64,000 bases of DNA from Raillietiella orientalis (taxonomy: Eukaryota): NCBI GenBank assembly GCA_036172245.1, contig JAYWIR010000016.1, forward strand, positions 1,426,001 to 1,490,000, given 5' to 3'. Made by a program: the position numbers and the translations under genes. The notes under the pieces are model-generated. The model did not search any database, was not told where the DNA came from, and saw nothing but the letters and a program-made list of their open reading frames with translations. Below are positions 23,190 to 36,449 of this stretch, piece by piece (position 1 is the stretch's first letter; each line of letters starts with the position of its first letter).

Positions 23190-26110
23190 CGGGATGACCC
23201 AATGCGAATATTGTAAGGCACAGTCCTGCTACTTCAGGAGGAGCGTGGAGTGGTCAAAAAGCACCGAGTGGATCTCTACTTCTTCCGAGAGGATTTCGAG
23301 ATCTGGCCAGAATAGAAGTCCTTTGGGTTATACGCGCCGTCCAGCATCCCATCCTTTTCCTGTCATCCCACAGGTGACTTCCCATCCTGCGGGTCGGTCA
23401 CCTTTCTGGCTCACCATCAAGGAAGACAGTCTTGCTGCAAGTGGGCTGTTTTGAGCCCTCCTATTCTTCACGGGACTCCCCGGAATCTCCTGCAACGAGC
23501 AGCCAGCGTACTGGGGGCAGCACAGGGTGTCGCAATCGCTCCAGGTCCCCACCCCACTGGATTTTGCCCCACACTGCTTCCAGTTTCCAGGAGCTGCAGT
23601 TCGTCGGCGAGCAGGAGATCCAGCTGCGGTCCTGGGCCAAGGCAACCATCTGCCGAGGCGGGTGACTGCGTCGGAGCGATCTTCGGGGGCCGCACAAGAG
23701 GAGCGATGCCAATCCCTCGGGGCCGGTTGCGCGTTTGGTGAAACGGGAGGGCAGGCCAAGGGTGAAGGGGCACGGATGGATCCTTGAACGGAAGAGCCCC
23801 TCCCAGCGAGGCAGGCGCGCTCACTCACCTGCCTTCCCACCTTTCCCTGCTACCAACGATCCCCCGGGCTGCCACGGCTGCGCAGTCGGTCCTCCTCCCC
23901 TTAGCTGTTCCTCTGGTCGAAACACGGCGCCAACACCATCTGAGGAGACCGCGAGGGAAGCTCCTCGCCCTCCGTTCCCGATCGGGAAGAGGGAGGGCAA
24001 CTGGGGTGGCACTGCCAGTTGCCCCATGGCCGAACCACTTATCCCTTTCCTTCTGTCTGCCATCTCGCAGGAGACTTCCTGACTCGCCGGCTGGCAAGAG
24101 CTCCTCGGGAGGGAGAGGCAAATCCTGGGGTAAAAATCTTCCAAGAGGGGAAAGAGATCGATAGAGAAGATCGGAGAGTCGGAGAAATTCCGTCTCAACG
24201 GGTGGCAGTGCTTCATCCCAGAATGCACACGCGCAAGAACGGTACCACAAAGAGTATCAAATGGTGCAGTCGGTGGAAACCAAAATAAAACCAGCGCGGC
24301 GTAGCACAGGAATTCGGGAATAGATGAGCAAGGAAGGACGCTCCAGGCTGTTACCAGCACATCTTCCGCTGGTTTCCTTGACGCTCCCCTTCGCAGAGCA
24401 TCCCCAGAAAGAAAGAGCGTCACTGGTAAACATCGAACGCAGCTCCTCAGTCCCAACCTTCCCTTCTCGTCATGGACATCAGAGGCGCCTCATCTGGCTC
24501 TGAAACTGCCCAAGCTCATGAGCCTCCTCTTTCCATTTGAACGCCATTCTGTGGTCGTGCACCGACGGCGCTCTTCCAGAGTTTCCCGCCTGAACTTCGC
24601 CCACTGCACGATCGTTCCTGGATCAACTGAAAGCTGCGACCTTTCCTTTCCTTCTGTTTTCCTGTGCGAGGGCCGGACTTGCAGCTCGAGTCCTTTTCGT
24701 CAGCCCTTTACCTACGTAACGCTTTTTGTTTCGCCACCTTTCATCACACCAAGTCAACACGACGCAGCCTCCAAGATCCTCTCCAACCCCCCCCCCCCCC
24801 GCGCTTTTGTTCTGGCGCGCGCCCTCCTCGCACGGCGCTCACGAAACGGCCGGCAGCGACGGGCGCGCTCGCGAAATGAAAAAAAAAAGAAAAAAAACCG
24901 TTTACATAAACCCACGTGGCAAGCATGCGTTTGAAAATGTCGGCGTCCAATGGGACGAGAGATCCGGCAGTGGGCGAACAGGAATGTTCAAAGTACAAAG
25001 GGGGGCAAAAAAAAACCGAGACCGAAGAATTCGATGATGAGGGAGGTTAGCAACAGTTCCCAGAGACATTGCGGCGCCGCGGTGTCACCGCAACGGTGCG
25101 TGGAAAGAAGAAGAATCGGGGTTTTCTCTGTGCTGCCATTTCGCGAGGGATGTAAGGCGCTAGGACCACCAAAACGGGCACTTCCCGGTTTGGGTATCTC
25201 CTCCGTGGTAGGACGACGCTGTCAGAGAGACGCAACGCAGCGAGCCGCGCTGATTGCCAAGTCTGAGTGTACAGAGTGAGCTGCTGGAAGAGCCCGAAGT
25301 CCGCCTTCGCGGCGACACTGCGCCGCTCCGGGAGGGTCGGTTTCGAGTCTCTCACTCTGTAGAGCTGCTGTCCAAGTAGATGGCCACTCTTCACTGCCTT
25401 TGGATGCCTTTTAAGGCGTTGACAAGTGAGACTCGCTCCTTCCACCCTTTTTGGGGGGAGGGAAGGGGGGAGGGGGAGGTTCCCGAGAAATCAATCGTTT
25501 TTATAAGCTGTCGCGGTTTCCCTCCTCGTTCGAGTGGTTCGACCGAGACGGCTGCTGTCATTTTGGTCATGCGATAAGCCTCTCTCCAACTCTCTCAGCC
25601 GCGCGTTGCTTCGAATTGCGCTGCTGGGCGCCGAGCTGACGTCACGGTGCTCTGCTCTGCGGCGGTTGGCGAGGCACGCATCTTCGACCGCCTCGAAGGC
25701 AGCGGCCCCCCCCCTCCCCACACACACACCGGAGGAGAAAGGGCGCCGGGGCACGGGCAACGGCTAGGAATCCGTCCGCGCGGAGCGAGGAGGATTTTTC
25801 GGAGAAAGACAGCCGCCACTCGCGGTTCCCTCCCTTTTCTTGCCGCCTGGTAACCTTGAAGATCGTGGAGGCCAGCTCGGCTCCTCGGGCAGCCCGCCGT
25901 CCCCGCTGCGTTCCGCCCGCACAGCCAGACCGGAGGCGGGCCGGCTTCCAGCGGCCCACCGTACACAACGGTGAAGAGGCGGCTCAAGAAAGGGAAAGCT
26001 TGCGGACTCGGCCTACAAGCGTGGGAAAAAATTAACATGCAAATGGACGCCTGAGTGACGAGCGCGCGCTTCCGTTGTCCGGGGAACGGGAAGGAAAAAG
26101 GAAAAAAAAA
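23190..26110 (+). mobile_element. Decayed L1-clade ORF2 (endonuclease end, linker, RT, post-RT)
   Basis: Degenerate motifs appear in the expected order: 'PPHWIL' (GYWKL-like), 'DPPGCHG' (K.PG.DG), 'EGRTCSSSPF' (RQGCPLSP-like), 'LPFREG' and 'PKSAFAATLRRSGRVG'. Confidence 0.5.
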
Positions 26111-26349
26111 AAGGCAAGAAACAGAAATCAAACGAACGCGGAGACGAACAGAGTGCTCCTTTGAAAAGGGAACGAAACAAAACCAAGCACGGTCTTCCCC
26201 CCCCCTCCCCAGCTCCAGCTTAGTGCGGTTTCGAAAGTGTGCTGCGAGGCCTCGGCGGCGGCTGGAGGAGGGGGGGTTGTTGCCACAGAGGTCGGCCGCG
26301 CGTGCACGTTTCCTCCCGCGGACCAGAAAACATTGAAAACGTAGCGGTG

Positions 26350-27430
26350 ATCCGGTGCAGATAATGGCCGGCTCCACCGGAAGGCTTGGGAATGCCGGGT
26401 GCTAAAAGAGAAAGCGTTTGCGGGATGGAGCGGCTCGAAAACGGACGTCGGCTCATGGGAAACGGGCGGAGCAAAGCGCCTGTCGGTCAGCATGGAAGGG
26501 AAAAAGCGCTTCGGATACCTGGGCGGCGTCCAATCCACTGGCCCCCGAAGACCGTCCACGGCATTCTTTCTTTCTTTCTTTTTTTCGCCCCTGCACGAGG
26601 GCGCTCGCTCGAAGCAGGAAGCGGGCGGCAGCAGTCCTGGAAGGCGTCTTCTGCATGCGGATGCTTATCCTCATCTTTCCCAGAGAATTCAGGAGATCCA
26701 GCGGCTCACGCTGGGCGAAGAGCTGCAAAGCCACGAGCGGAGAGTCCTTCGAAGAGGGGAGAGCAGAACGAAAAAGCTCGCGCGCTTCGCGTTTCTTCAA
26801 GAGTCCCACGTCCGGTTGCCCCTAGGAGGAAAAGCGCTAGGCTCCAAGAAGTGCAGGGACGAAGGGGAGCGGGGCTGTCGCTTGGGTACGGGCCTTCCCT
26901 GCAGCTCTTGCTGCCGTGTGACCGTCGCAAGAGCATTCCTCAGCGCCTGAAGAAGCAGCAAGAAACTGAGCACGTAGCAGCGGGAGGTGGTGGCACGGAG
27001 AGCTCCCGAAAGGGCTGCCACCCTGTTGAGCGTGTTGCGGTGTGGGGGGTCAGCAGGAGCCACGCCCGACGAAACACTTGAGGGACGGGTCCTGGAGAAG
27101 ACGAGAAGACAAGAGGGAACCCGGCAGCTTTGCACCGAAACCCCGTTCGCGTGCGCTCTGTGAACCAGCGAAGGCGCTCGCCGGGGCTTTGGCGCCCCTG
27201 GAAATTGTGGGGGAGTTACGAGGCGGGGCCGGGATCTTCCAGACGCGTGCTTCGTCACGGATGAAAGGCGCAGCAGGTGTTCCCGGAGAAGAGGATGGAA
27301 GAGAAACGTTTCGTTCCGCATGCTCGCAACCTTTGCAGTCGGGAGAAATCCACTCGTCGCAGCTTCACATCCGACATCCACAGGGCAGCAAACCACTGCA
27401 GCAAAACGACCGCTTCGGGAGAGCATAGAA
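26350..27430 (+). mobile_element. Decayed L1-clade ORF2 fragment from the RT YLG motif onward
   Basis: 'KRFGYLGGVQ' is followed about 100 codons later by 'ESHVRLPLGGKALG', colinear with the other copies. Confidence 0.5.
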
Positions 27431-27699
27431 CGGGGATCTGACTTTGCATTTAGCGTGGTGGTCCCCCCGTAAATGGGAGTAGTAGGCCGATCCCGGAGGT
27501 ACTGAAACACCCGGTCCACCCGCGACAGGAGAGGAGCAAGCTCCAAGAGTCCCGTCCACTTCCTAAAGGTAGTTTGATATACTGGCCACCAGATAGGTGG
27601 CGTATCAGATAGTAAGCTGATAAGAGCAGATTTATTTAGTAAGATACTTACATTATATATAACGAGATGAAAATGGATGGCTCTGTGAGGACAGGAGGG

Positions 27700-30600
27700 A
27701 AGTTTGGAAGCTGCAAAAGGAGGGAGGGGGCTCCGGTGCTGGGGATCGCAGACCACCTGCGAAGGAAGCGAACCGAACGGCCTCAGATTCAGAGGACGGG
27801 GAAAAGAACCTGAAGATCGCGCGCTCTCCGCGCTTCCTGAGGACGCGCTGTTACTACAGGTTTGCCTCCTGGGAACTGGGGAGGCCGATCTCAGGGGATC
27901 TTCGCTGGGTAGAGAGAAGGGGGGCAGAAGCGATTCGGAGGGGGGCGGGGAGGGGAAGCACCTCGCGAGGTAGCGCTGCGGGTGTAGAGGGAGAGAGCTG
28001 GCCCTGCCTCGCCCTCCCGCCATGCCACCACCGCGGAATGCGGCAGCGCCCGGGAAAATCCCGTTTCAACGAGCCACCTCCCGGACACAATTCGAACAAA
28101 CTCCAGCACCGAGGGCGGTGGGGTGGTGTGGGAGGAATCGAAGACCCGGCCGGTGCAAAGAAGGCGCGAGAAACACTGTGCACGCGCTGTATAATTGCGC
28201 TGTGGAAAATTTCCACATCAGCGAAGTAGAGCGTCGGGGAATCAAAGAAAAAAAAAAAAAAAAGGAAATCCCAGAGGGAGGAAGCAGTGGTTCATCGGAG
28301 AGTTTCAGTTCGTCGACCGATCCCCAACCCGTGTGTTCGCAATGGAGCACTGCTCGGCGACGAGACGAGCTACTTGGTCCAGGGCCTCCACCCGGGGATC
28401 AGACACGCCTAATTGCAGGCAGTGCCAGTTTCCCGATCTGTTTTTCTGTCTTCTCCTCCTTCTCTCTCCCCCCTCTACTCTTTGTCGATTTCCTCCTTTC
28501 CTCTTCCCTCGCTACGGTTCTGCTGCTCCTCAGGGACGGACGGCGAGTGCCGCCTTGCGCCACACCGAGGTGAATGGTGCACGCCCAGGTGTCCTGTCTT
28601 TGAAAGTCTCCAGAGCCTTGCACGTGCCTCCCGGCATCGGATAGAGTTAACAGCTGATTCCGCGCGGCGTGTGCAGACCCGCGGAGGTCTTCCCCTCAGC
28701 GGGCAGGATGAAAACGGCGCAGAGTGGGTGGGTTTCCCACGTTGTCCGCTGGAGAAGGGATGCGGACGGGAAGGGGAGGCGAGCTCGTCGTCGCGTTTGC
28801 CTGGAGATGATCAGACTTTCGGGAGCGGGAATTCATCCGAGGAGGTTCACGCCCCGCAGGACGGCCACTTGGCGGCTCGCCGAGAGCTCCCAGGGATGTG
28901 AGCTCGGAAGGTTTTCCTTGGCTACGGGGAAAAAGAGGGGAAGATCCGCAGCACGGTTCTGAACGATGAAGCCGAGTCCACCACCTCATTTTAACGTGGG
29001 GAGGGAGGGGGGGAGGGTTCGGAGTGACCTCCCCTGCCCTCGAAATCCGCATCGGCACGAGAGGCGGAGCTGATTCCGTCCGCGCGCTTTTTTTCGCTGC
29101 TCGAAGACACGTGAGGTGGTCGCTGCTGCTTCCACCTTCTTCCAGAAACCCCTCGTCGGGGAGCATTCGTGTCTATGCCTGATGCTGGCGTCGCGGTTCC
29201 GGATTCCCGCTTCCCCCTTCGGGTTCGCCTCTCGGAGGCAACCGCCGGGTGGCCCTCGGCGGGAAAGAGGCTCTCCGTCCGGCTGGACAGCGCGGTTTCC
29301 GCAGAAGGATCAGAAGCGAAAGAACAAAAGACTGCCGAGCTGAACACTCGAGAGTGTGTTGCCTGCCTGACCTGGTGTCGCGAGGCAACCTGGCAAGCAG
29401 ATGGCTCTTGAAGCATCAACGAGGAAGCACTTTGATGTTGGATACGCCCTGCGGTGAGTGCAGCTGGACGGTGGTTCGTTTCCTTTCAATGGGAAGCCGC
29501 GCGTCTTCCTGATCTGTCAGCATCCTCGTGGCACCGAATGGATCCTTTTCTTTTTTTTGTTTTATGCACGGCTCGCGAAAATCAAAAAAGCGGATCCCCG
29601 CAATTACCATCTGATACTCGACTGATGGAACGATGCAAAAACTCCTTTCTGCAGAGTCGTCGGACCCACAGCAAAGGGGCACTTCGATGACCTTTCATGT
29701 TGCGGCAGGAATCGACTTCGGCAGAAATCGAAAGTCCGCTTCCGGCAACGGTTTCGCACTATTTCTCCCTCCTCCTCCTTCTCCCTTCCCCGCTTCACAC
29801 GTGAGACACTCTGGTTTTCAGGAATCCGAGGCATCGGTCCTCGCGAGGGAATGCTGGATGCTGCTCTCGTCTGGAGGTGTAATTTCTCTACAAATTACTT
29901 TAATCAGCGTGGGGAAAAGACGCGACGCAATTGGCATCAAACGGCGAGCATCGGCTTCCCCCCCCCCCCCCCATCTCTTTGTTCCCACGATGCTCGCTGA
30001 TGATGACAGTCTCGGGGAAGCGGCTGCAGAGATGCAAGTGCGGGAAGCTTCGCTCTCTGGTCCTCTCCAGCAAGAATCGAGGACGAGGAAACGACTGGCA
30101 GGAGGACAACAGCTTTTCCCTCGGCGTTACGCGCGTCAAGAGAGAGCGATTTCCAGAAGTTCGGTCAGGTGTGACACACGCGTTCTTACGTGCGAAAGGC
30201 CTCATAGGTGCACACCGTGCGGGTAGGTGACAGCTCCACGGACCATCCGGGGCGCCGGTGAAAATTACGAGGCGTGAAACCGCGAAGATTCCAGAAACCG
30301 CTAACGGTACGCAATTAATGAAATGGTTTTTATCCGGGCCGCGCGTCAGACGCTTCTGTTTTCACATGCCGTGCGCCATGCGGAGGTTCTTCCGCGAGGG
30401 ACCGAGCGCCACCCACTATTTCGGGTGCGAGGTCAGAGCTGCGCTGCGGAACCGGGTCCCTACGAGCGGTAGCTTGGTCTTCCCCAATCCGGAGCAGCCC
30501 GCTGCCTGTTCGGGCTGCCAAGGTGTTCTGAGCATTTCGCACCGAGGGCTCAAGGGGAGGACCACTTCCCACTCCCACCCCCTTCCTTCCAGTTGAGTGT
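27700..30600 (+). mobile_element. Decayed L1-clade ORF2 (linker, RT, C-terminal knuckle)
   Basis: 'GDQTRLIAG' (DQ.GF..GR), 'RRVQTRGGLPLSG' (RGVRQG.PLS), 'KVFLG' and 'REGPSATHYFGCE' (E..H.F..C) occur in order. Confidence 0.55.
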
Positions 30601-31789
30601 TTCATTTCTTGGAGCGCTCGTTCTGCATCGCACTTGTACCGAGCTCTTCTTTCTGGAGGGGGAGGGAGGGGGGAGGGAAGAAAGGGAGACGAAATCCACC
30701 GTCGACTCGCATCAGTTTTGGGCTCAAGATTTTCAGGGGCAGAACCAGTTCCGTTCTGAGGGAGTGGAACTGGACCGTTCGTGCCAAATGGTGATAAGGC
30801 GACTGCGATTCCCTGTTCTTACATCCGTTCCCAGTAATCCTTCCAGCTTCGCAGAGCGGGTTATTGTGGCGTGGCTGTTTTTTTTTTGTGTGTGTGTGTC
30901 TGTGTGTGTCCTTTCGATCCGTTACGTCATCGCCGCTTTCACAATGTTGGCAACGCTTTCGCGCTGAGAGGCGCATATCGCGCTAGAAGCCCTGCGAAAA
31001 CTGGCAGCCACATAGGAAATGGTGAAAATCAATAAAAGAAGCAGCAGTAGTCATGGGGCGGGCAGCAGCTCTCCGGCGACATCCATCTACATCACGGAAA
31101 ACTCCAAACGCGAGTCCCGGTACGAGAGAGGGCGAAGATGAGTCGGGGGGATGGTTCCGCTTGCTGGTGGAAGGTAAGACCGATCTCATGCACAGCTTGC
31201 TGTGCCGATGAGTCACTGCACAAGCACGCTGCATCTCGACAAAGAGAAACAGGCGCAAGGTTATTGCGAGCATATGGTGGCTGTGGCTGCAGCGCTGAGG
31301 AAAACGGAGGCTGCAAAATCCGCATCGCTCCGAGCGGCAGTGCCAGGGATGGCTCCCGGACGTCGTTCGCCCAAGCTGCTCACATCACAAAGACGCGGGC
31401 ACGCACACACGTCGTCTGCTTAAGGACGCTGGTCCTCGGATCTGGGATCACTTCGAGAGGGAGGCAGGGCGTAGGCTGGGCAGCAGCGACCCACAAAAAA
31501 AAAAAAAAAATCCCAGCGAGAATTTTGATTTTGCTCCCACGAAGATGGGAACGTTCGGTGGGGCAGTCAGATGTGTGTGCTGCTTCTCTGTGTGTGCTGT
31601 GCATAGTGCACGTGCGATCCGGGATACAGATGCTGGCGACACGTTGCATCGATTCCAATTTTCTGATGGTACAGCCTGAAACTTCCTAAACTGCCTCTCT
31701 ATTACCGATTCAGGTGGTTTCCCAAGAAATCTAAGTTTCCATGACGATGCGTAGCCAGCATTGGAGTAAGACATGGTTAATTCATAATA

Positions 31790-31920
31790 CATATCTGCAC
31801 TCAATCTATGTATTTATATCTACATATCTGTCTATCTATGTGTACACATCTACATCCACATATCAATAACTGCAGCTCCATATCTATACCTACATATCTA
31901 TATACATCCAAGATAACAAA
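31790..31920. repeat. Low-complexity (TACATA/TATCTA)-type AT-rich repeat
   Basis: Repeated atctac/atatct/atacat units read directly. Confidence 0.75.
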
Positions 31921-33099
31921 CTTGATTTCGAAAATCTACTATACCGGAACGGTTACCAAACGTGGAATCGCGGAGGACGAAAAGTGACTCAAGGTGAGAG
32001 AGAGGAAACTTCCTCTTCTGTACGTGATTCTTCTCGCTTGTTGGTCATGGTATCCATGCATAGGCAATCAGGGGAAAACTAGGAAAATTAAGAGCCTCTC
32101 CCCCCCCCCCCTTGTCTGTGGGAGAAAGCAACATGTAAACTCCTGCGAGCTTTTTTCCTTCCGGCCATGAGATTCCTTCGCTGCTGGAGCCCGCCGTCTC
32201 GACAAATCCGCTTTTCCGATCGAGCCACCCCGCCATAATCCCGAGAGAGAGTGATCCGAGGCATCTGCGCCCGCTTGGACTGATCGAAGAGATCGATCCA
32301 CGTGCTTTTTGTCTGAAACCGGATGCAACTGCGTGCTCCGGTGGAACGCACGAGGTGGTCTGCTCCGCCGAGAGGCCGAACTGTTCGCCGTTCCAAACTG
32401 CCACCCAATAAAATTTATGGGAATCTTTGGAACTGGTGCTGAGGAGGAGGGTCAAGAACGAAAGAATTCCGCTGCCATCCCGCGCGAGACTTTCTCGTGC
32501 TCCTCACGCTGCGCCATTCTTCTGCCTGTGCTTCGCCTCATTCCGCCCATGTTCCCCCTCGCGGGCTATCCAGGGATGCCTGTGTGCCCTCCCTCTAGGA
32601 TCAGCAGGCGCTGTTTCTCCCGGGCGTCACTGCTCGTACACTTCTCCTCCTCGAGAAAGAGTCGCTACCGAGTCCTCGCTCTTAAGACTCCACCCGTCGA
32701 CCAGCTTCGGTCCTCCGTCCCCCAACGCTGTCACGCACTCCCGTCCAGGAATGCACTGCTTGAGGAGGAGATAACGAAAAGAAGAGAATGGCAAGCCACC
32801 TCCCAGCGCGAACGACCCACAAAGCGCTAGAGAGCGATTTGGGCGAGTCTGAATTTTCTCTCTTTTTTAACGATCAGAATTATAAAAATACAATTTCTGG
32901 AAAGAACAACAACAACAACAAAAAAAACAAAGCTACTCAAGGATGGACTTCCTACCACCTGGAGCGTATTCTAAAATACCGCGCGCAATGAGGCACGTCA
33001 CAGCTCTGCGCGCCTTCAAGAAGCCATTGAGGGTTTCGAACATCTCCAGGACTAGGTCATCAGGTTCGTTCTCTTCGAGATGTGTGTGCATGCGTGCGT

Positions 33100-36000
33100 T
33101 GGAGGGGAGGGCTCGGGGGTTGAATTGAAGGAGCCGTCAGCGCTGGATCTGCTGCCACACCGGTTTTGGCGCACCCCGTAGTTCAAATTGGGTGGTTTGA
33201 CGACTCCCGCACTTTTAATGACGGGTTCACTTTGCTTCTTTCCACGTACTTCCGGTTTCCCGTTTTTGGGGGGTCTCTACTGCCCAAGATCCATCGTCAT
33301 GGGCGTATCGCAGGAAACTCCGCCGCACGGGGGAGCACCAGGCTCCTCCGCCGCTACGCACCCGTGGTGGGCGCAAAGCAAGGAGGACGGATCTCCGAGA
33401 ACCTTCCCCCACGCATAGGTCATCAGGCCATTCTCCTTCATCTCTGGAACGGATCCACAGGGTCAGAACCTCAACGGGCGATTGGCTGCCAGCACTCCCA
33501 GGAAAGAGGGTCTCCTCTTTACGGTTCCTGCCAGGAGCATAAAGGACGTCTTCACTTGGCGCAACACGTGGCGCCACCATCTTGTCGGTGCAGCTCGCGC
33601 AGGAAACGCTCTTTCAGGTGAGCACGTTCCTTCTACTCCTGTAGTTGCCTTCAATACAGGTTCCGGGAGCTCCATCTCCACAGAGCGAGGGACGCCTCGG
33701 AGGGACGCACCGGCGTTCTCGGGGGGAGGTGTATGCCTTCCATGCCCTCGACGAGCCCAGAGGCTCCCTTCGCAGTGCCGAGCTAGCGGTGACAGCTGCC
33801 ACGAGTGACAGGTCCCTCCGTCCTGGGGCACGGGGGTTGAGCTCCCCTGCCGGGCACTTCTGGCAATGGATGGCGCCCAGGTAGGAACCGAGCTCGGCGG
33901 GGTTGTGGCAGCGGGGTGGGCAGTCGCAGTCTCGCAGGCCATGCCTGGCAATCCTAGGGCGAAAACTACCGTCAAGCGTATCCTCCCGGAGGGACGTCTC
34001 CTTGGAAAGGCGCACCGGGATGCGCCGCCGAATGCCTCATGGCAGGTCAGTATGAGGCAGTGTCCCGGGAACAATGCCTAGGTGTTTAGCGTTCGGAAGG
34101 GGGACTCCCGTGCTGGGAACGGAGGGGAAGGAGGGAAGGATATCCGGAATCTGTGAGGGCGGAAGATGCAGGTGGTGCCGCAGGAATCCATCGGTGAAAT
34201 TCAGGGGAAGAAGGGACGAGGGAGCAAGTGAATCCTTTCCAGGTAATCCATCGTGGACCGCCAGCTCTCCCTAGCAGTAGATCTCCTCCGTCTTCTGGTT
34301 CTCGAGCTCCAGGCCAATGCAGCAGGGAGAAGACGACGAGATGTGGGTCCGGCAGCGAAAGAAGGAGCACCCGGGCTGGCGGGGCGTCCCTGCTCGCGCG
34401 CCCTCTGCCCCTTACAGTCCAGTTGCAGTGCCGACACCTGCAGGTGTGGAAGGCGAAGGTGTCCACGTTCGGGCCACACGGAACCGGTCCTGGTCATCAA
34501 AGGTTCCGCCGCCATCAGCACGGCGCTCAGCTGGATCTTCCGGCTGAGACGAAGAGGAAGCGGACGCAGCACTCCGAGCCGGACCTGCTTTCGACCTTCC
34601 AGGACTTGATCCGCTTGAGCATCCCCACGGCCGGGTACTTTAAGTACCTTGACGTTCCGCTGGGGGACTTCTGCGCTGCAGAAGCCTGGTCCGATCGTCT
34701 CAAAAAGTTGGTGATCTTCCCGTTCCGTGACGACAAGTTTTGCTTTCAGGAACGGGCCGCGGTGTGGAGCGCTTCCGCGGCCCTCCTCCTTCGCCCCCTA
34801 CTTTTTGCTTGCCCCGCCCCACCCCAAATAAAGGCTAAGACAAAGGGCCTCCTGAGAAAAGCCCTGTGGGGCACACGGAGGTCCCGCGTCCGACTTAAAG
34901 ACTTGTGCGCTCCACGCAGGGACGGTGGGCTAGGCCTCCTGACGCTGGAGCGCCTGGAGCGGCAGTTGCGCATTCGGAAACTCGCCCTTGCGGCGAAGTT
35001 CTGGACAACGCCATGGTGCGTTCCCTCACGCCTCCTCGCCAGTAGAGCAACCGGCTGCAACGGATTCACATCGATCCTTGTGGATAACGACCGCAGTCTG
35101 AACCATGATGGTTTTCAGCTGCGTGACGTGGTTGCCCTGGTGGGGGAGGGCACGTGGATCTCCTGCCTCCCAGGGAACTGCACTGCCTGGCTTCAGGAGT
35201 CAGTTTCCGCATGGGCTAAGATCAACGGCTCCTGCGATACAGACTACTCCTACCTCCGTAGAGGCAGGTACGCTGGACAGCCTCTGCAGGAGATCGTTTC
35301 CAACCCGCGGAAACTGCTGTGGGCTTCATTTCTCCCCCTTGCCCCCGTGCTGCCCTCCCTCAGGAACGCTAGGGACAGCCAGGAAGAGGCATCGTGGGAA
35401 GCAAGAAAAAAAACTCTTGAAGGCGTGGACGACTCGGAAGCTACCAGACGCTGCAACCCCGAGTGTCCCGCCTAACGGATTGTGCGCTGCGGCGAGCTGC
35501 TCGGCATATCTCCGGAGGAGGTGAAGTGGCCCCCAGCGCTATGGGACAATGGCACCCTCCTCTTGGATTGGCAAGAGACGGCGCTGCTTGCGTCTCGCAT
35601 TGGGGACTCCTTTGCAGAGCACGCCTCTCCCACGGGGCACTCGGAAGTGTGGATGCCCGTTGTGCAGACTGCGGGGAACGGGAAAGGACCTGATCATCGA
35701 GTGTGTCGCCCTCCGCCCAATGTGGAATCGACCGTCGTCGATCCTGAACATTCCCGTGGGCGACCCGAAGAACATTTTCCGTCGCCTCCTGATGCGGGAC
35801 GCCCTGCCAGCAGCCGCGTGTGCAGCAGTTCTCTGCAGCATCCTGGAAGCGGAATCCTGGACAAATGGACCGAGTCGAGGAGAGGCCGCAACAGCCGGAA
35901 TGCCATTCACTGGGCAGCCGTCTCCATGGAGAAGGCTTCCCGATGGCGCCGGCTACGGGCTGTTCGACCGGCACTTGTCCGTATCCAAACCCGGATGCAG

Positions 36001-36277
36001 AGGACCACTCGCGCGGCGAACGGTAATCCCTTCCCTGCCCTCCCCTTCCCGGAAAACATTGCGCTCCCCTTTTGTCTTTGTTTATTTATTGATTTTTTTG
36101 TGGTTTTCCTTCACCCATCGCCGACAGAGAGGACCTCACCGGCCCGCGGGCCGGTAACGACCAGTGCTCTGAGACAGGCGGAACCACGTGTCCTGCCTTG
36201 AAGAACTTCAAAGACTTTGTTATGAGATTTTATTTTGTTCAAATTTTAATAATAAGTGCCCCGGCATTTCCGGGTGA
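33100..36277 (+). mobile_element. L1/Tx1-clade ORF2 relic, rearranged or internally deleted; best-preserved member of the block and donor-like copy of 224-1376
   Basis: The ORF 34228-35475 contains 'FKYLDVPLGDFC..WSDRLKK..KALWGTRRSRVRLKDLCAPRRDGGLGL', a typical L1 post-RT motif. There is an in-frame TAA at 35473-35475 and a frameshift before 'CPLC..IIEC'. Upstream RT-like ('GRISEN', 'RAGNALS') and linker-like ('PAGHFWQW') pieces are out of normal spacing. Confidence 0.85.
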
Positions 36278-36299
36278 AAATCCATTCTCGGCGTCGATC

Positions 36300-36378
36300 T
36301 TTCTCCGGGTAGGATTCGAACCCGCAACGCTTGGTGTGCTATGCGCGGATATCGCTGCCACGGGCTGCCATAGAGGAC
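36300..36378 (-). pseudogene. tRNA-derived element (SINE head or tRNA pseudogene)
   Basis: The minus strand reads TGGCAGCCCGTGG (A-box-like), then ~35 nt, then GGTTCGAATCC (perfect B box). The T and acceptor stems are mismatched, so this is not a canonical tRNA. Confidence 0.6.
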
Positions 36379-36449
36379 GTGTTTTTTGGTTCGCTATGCA
36401 CTGAAGAACCGTTCGACTCTCTATAGGGGGCTCAAAAAAAAAAAACAAA

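Noticed and set aside
27582..27604. CTCF-like motif TGGCCACCAGATAGGTGGCG
   Set aside because: It is only a partial match, and a single motif cannot be supported without a PWM score or ChIP data.
226..36277. The two 1.15-kb direct repeats as LTRs of a giant element or ends of a segmental duplication
   Set aside because: There are no TG..CA ends, PBS or PPT. The repeat is ORF2 3' sequence, copy 2 continues upstream as ORF2, and copy 1 has its own TSD.
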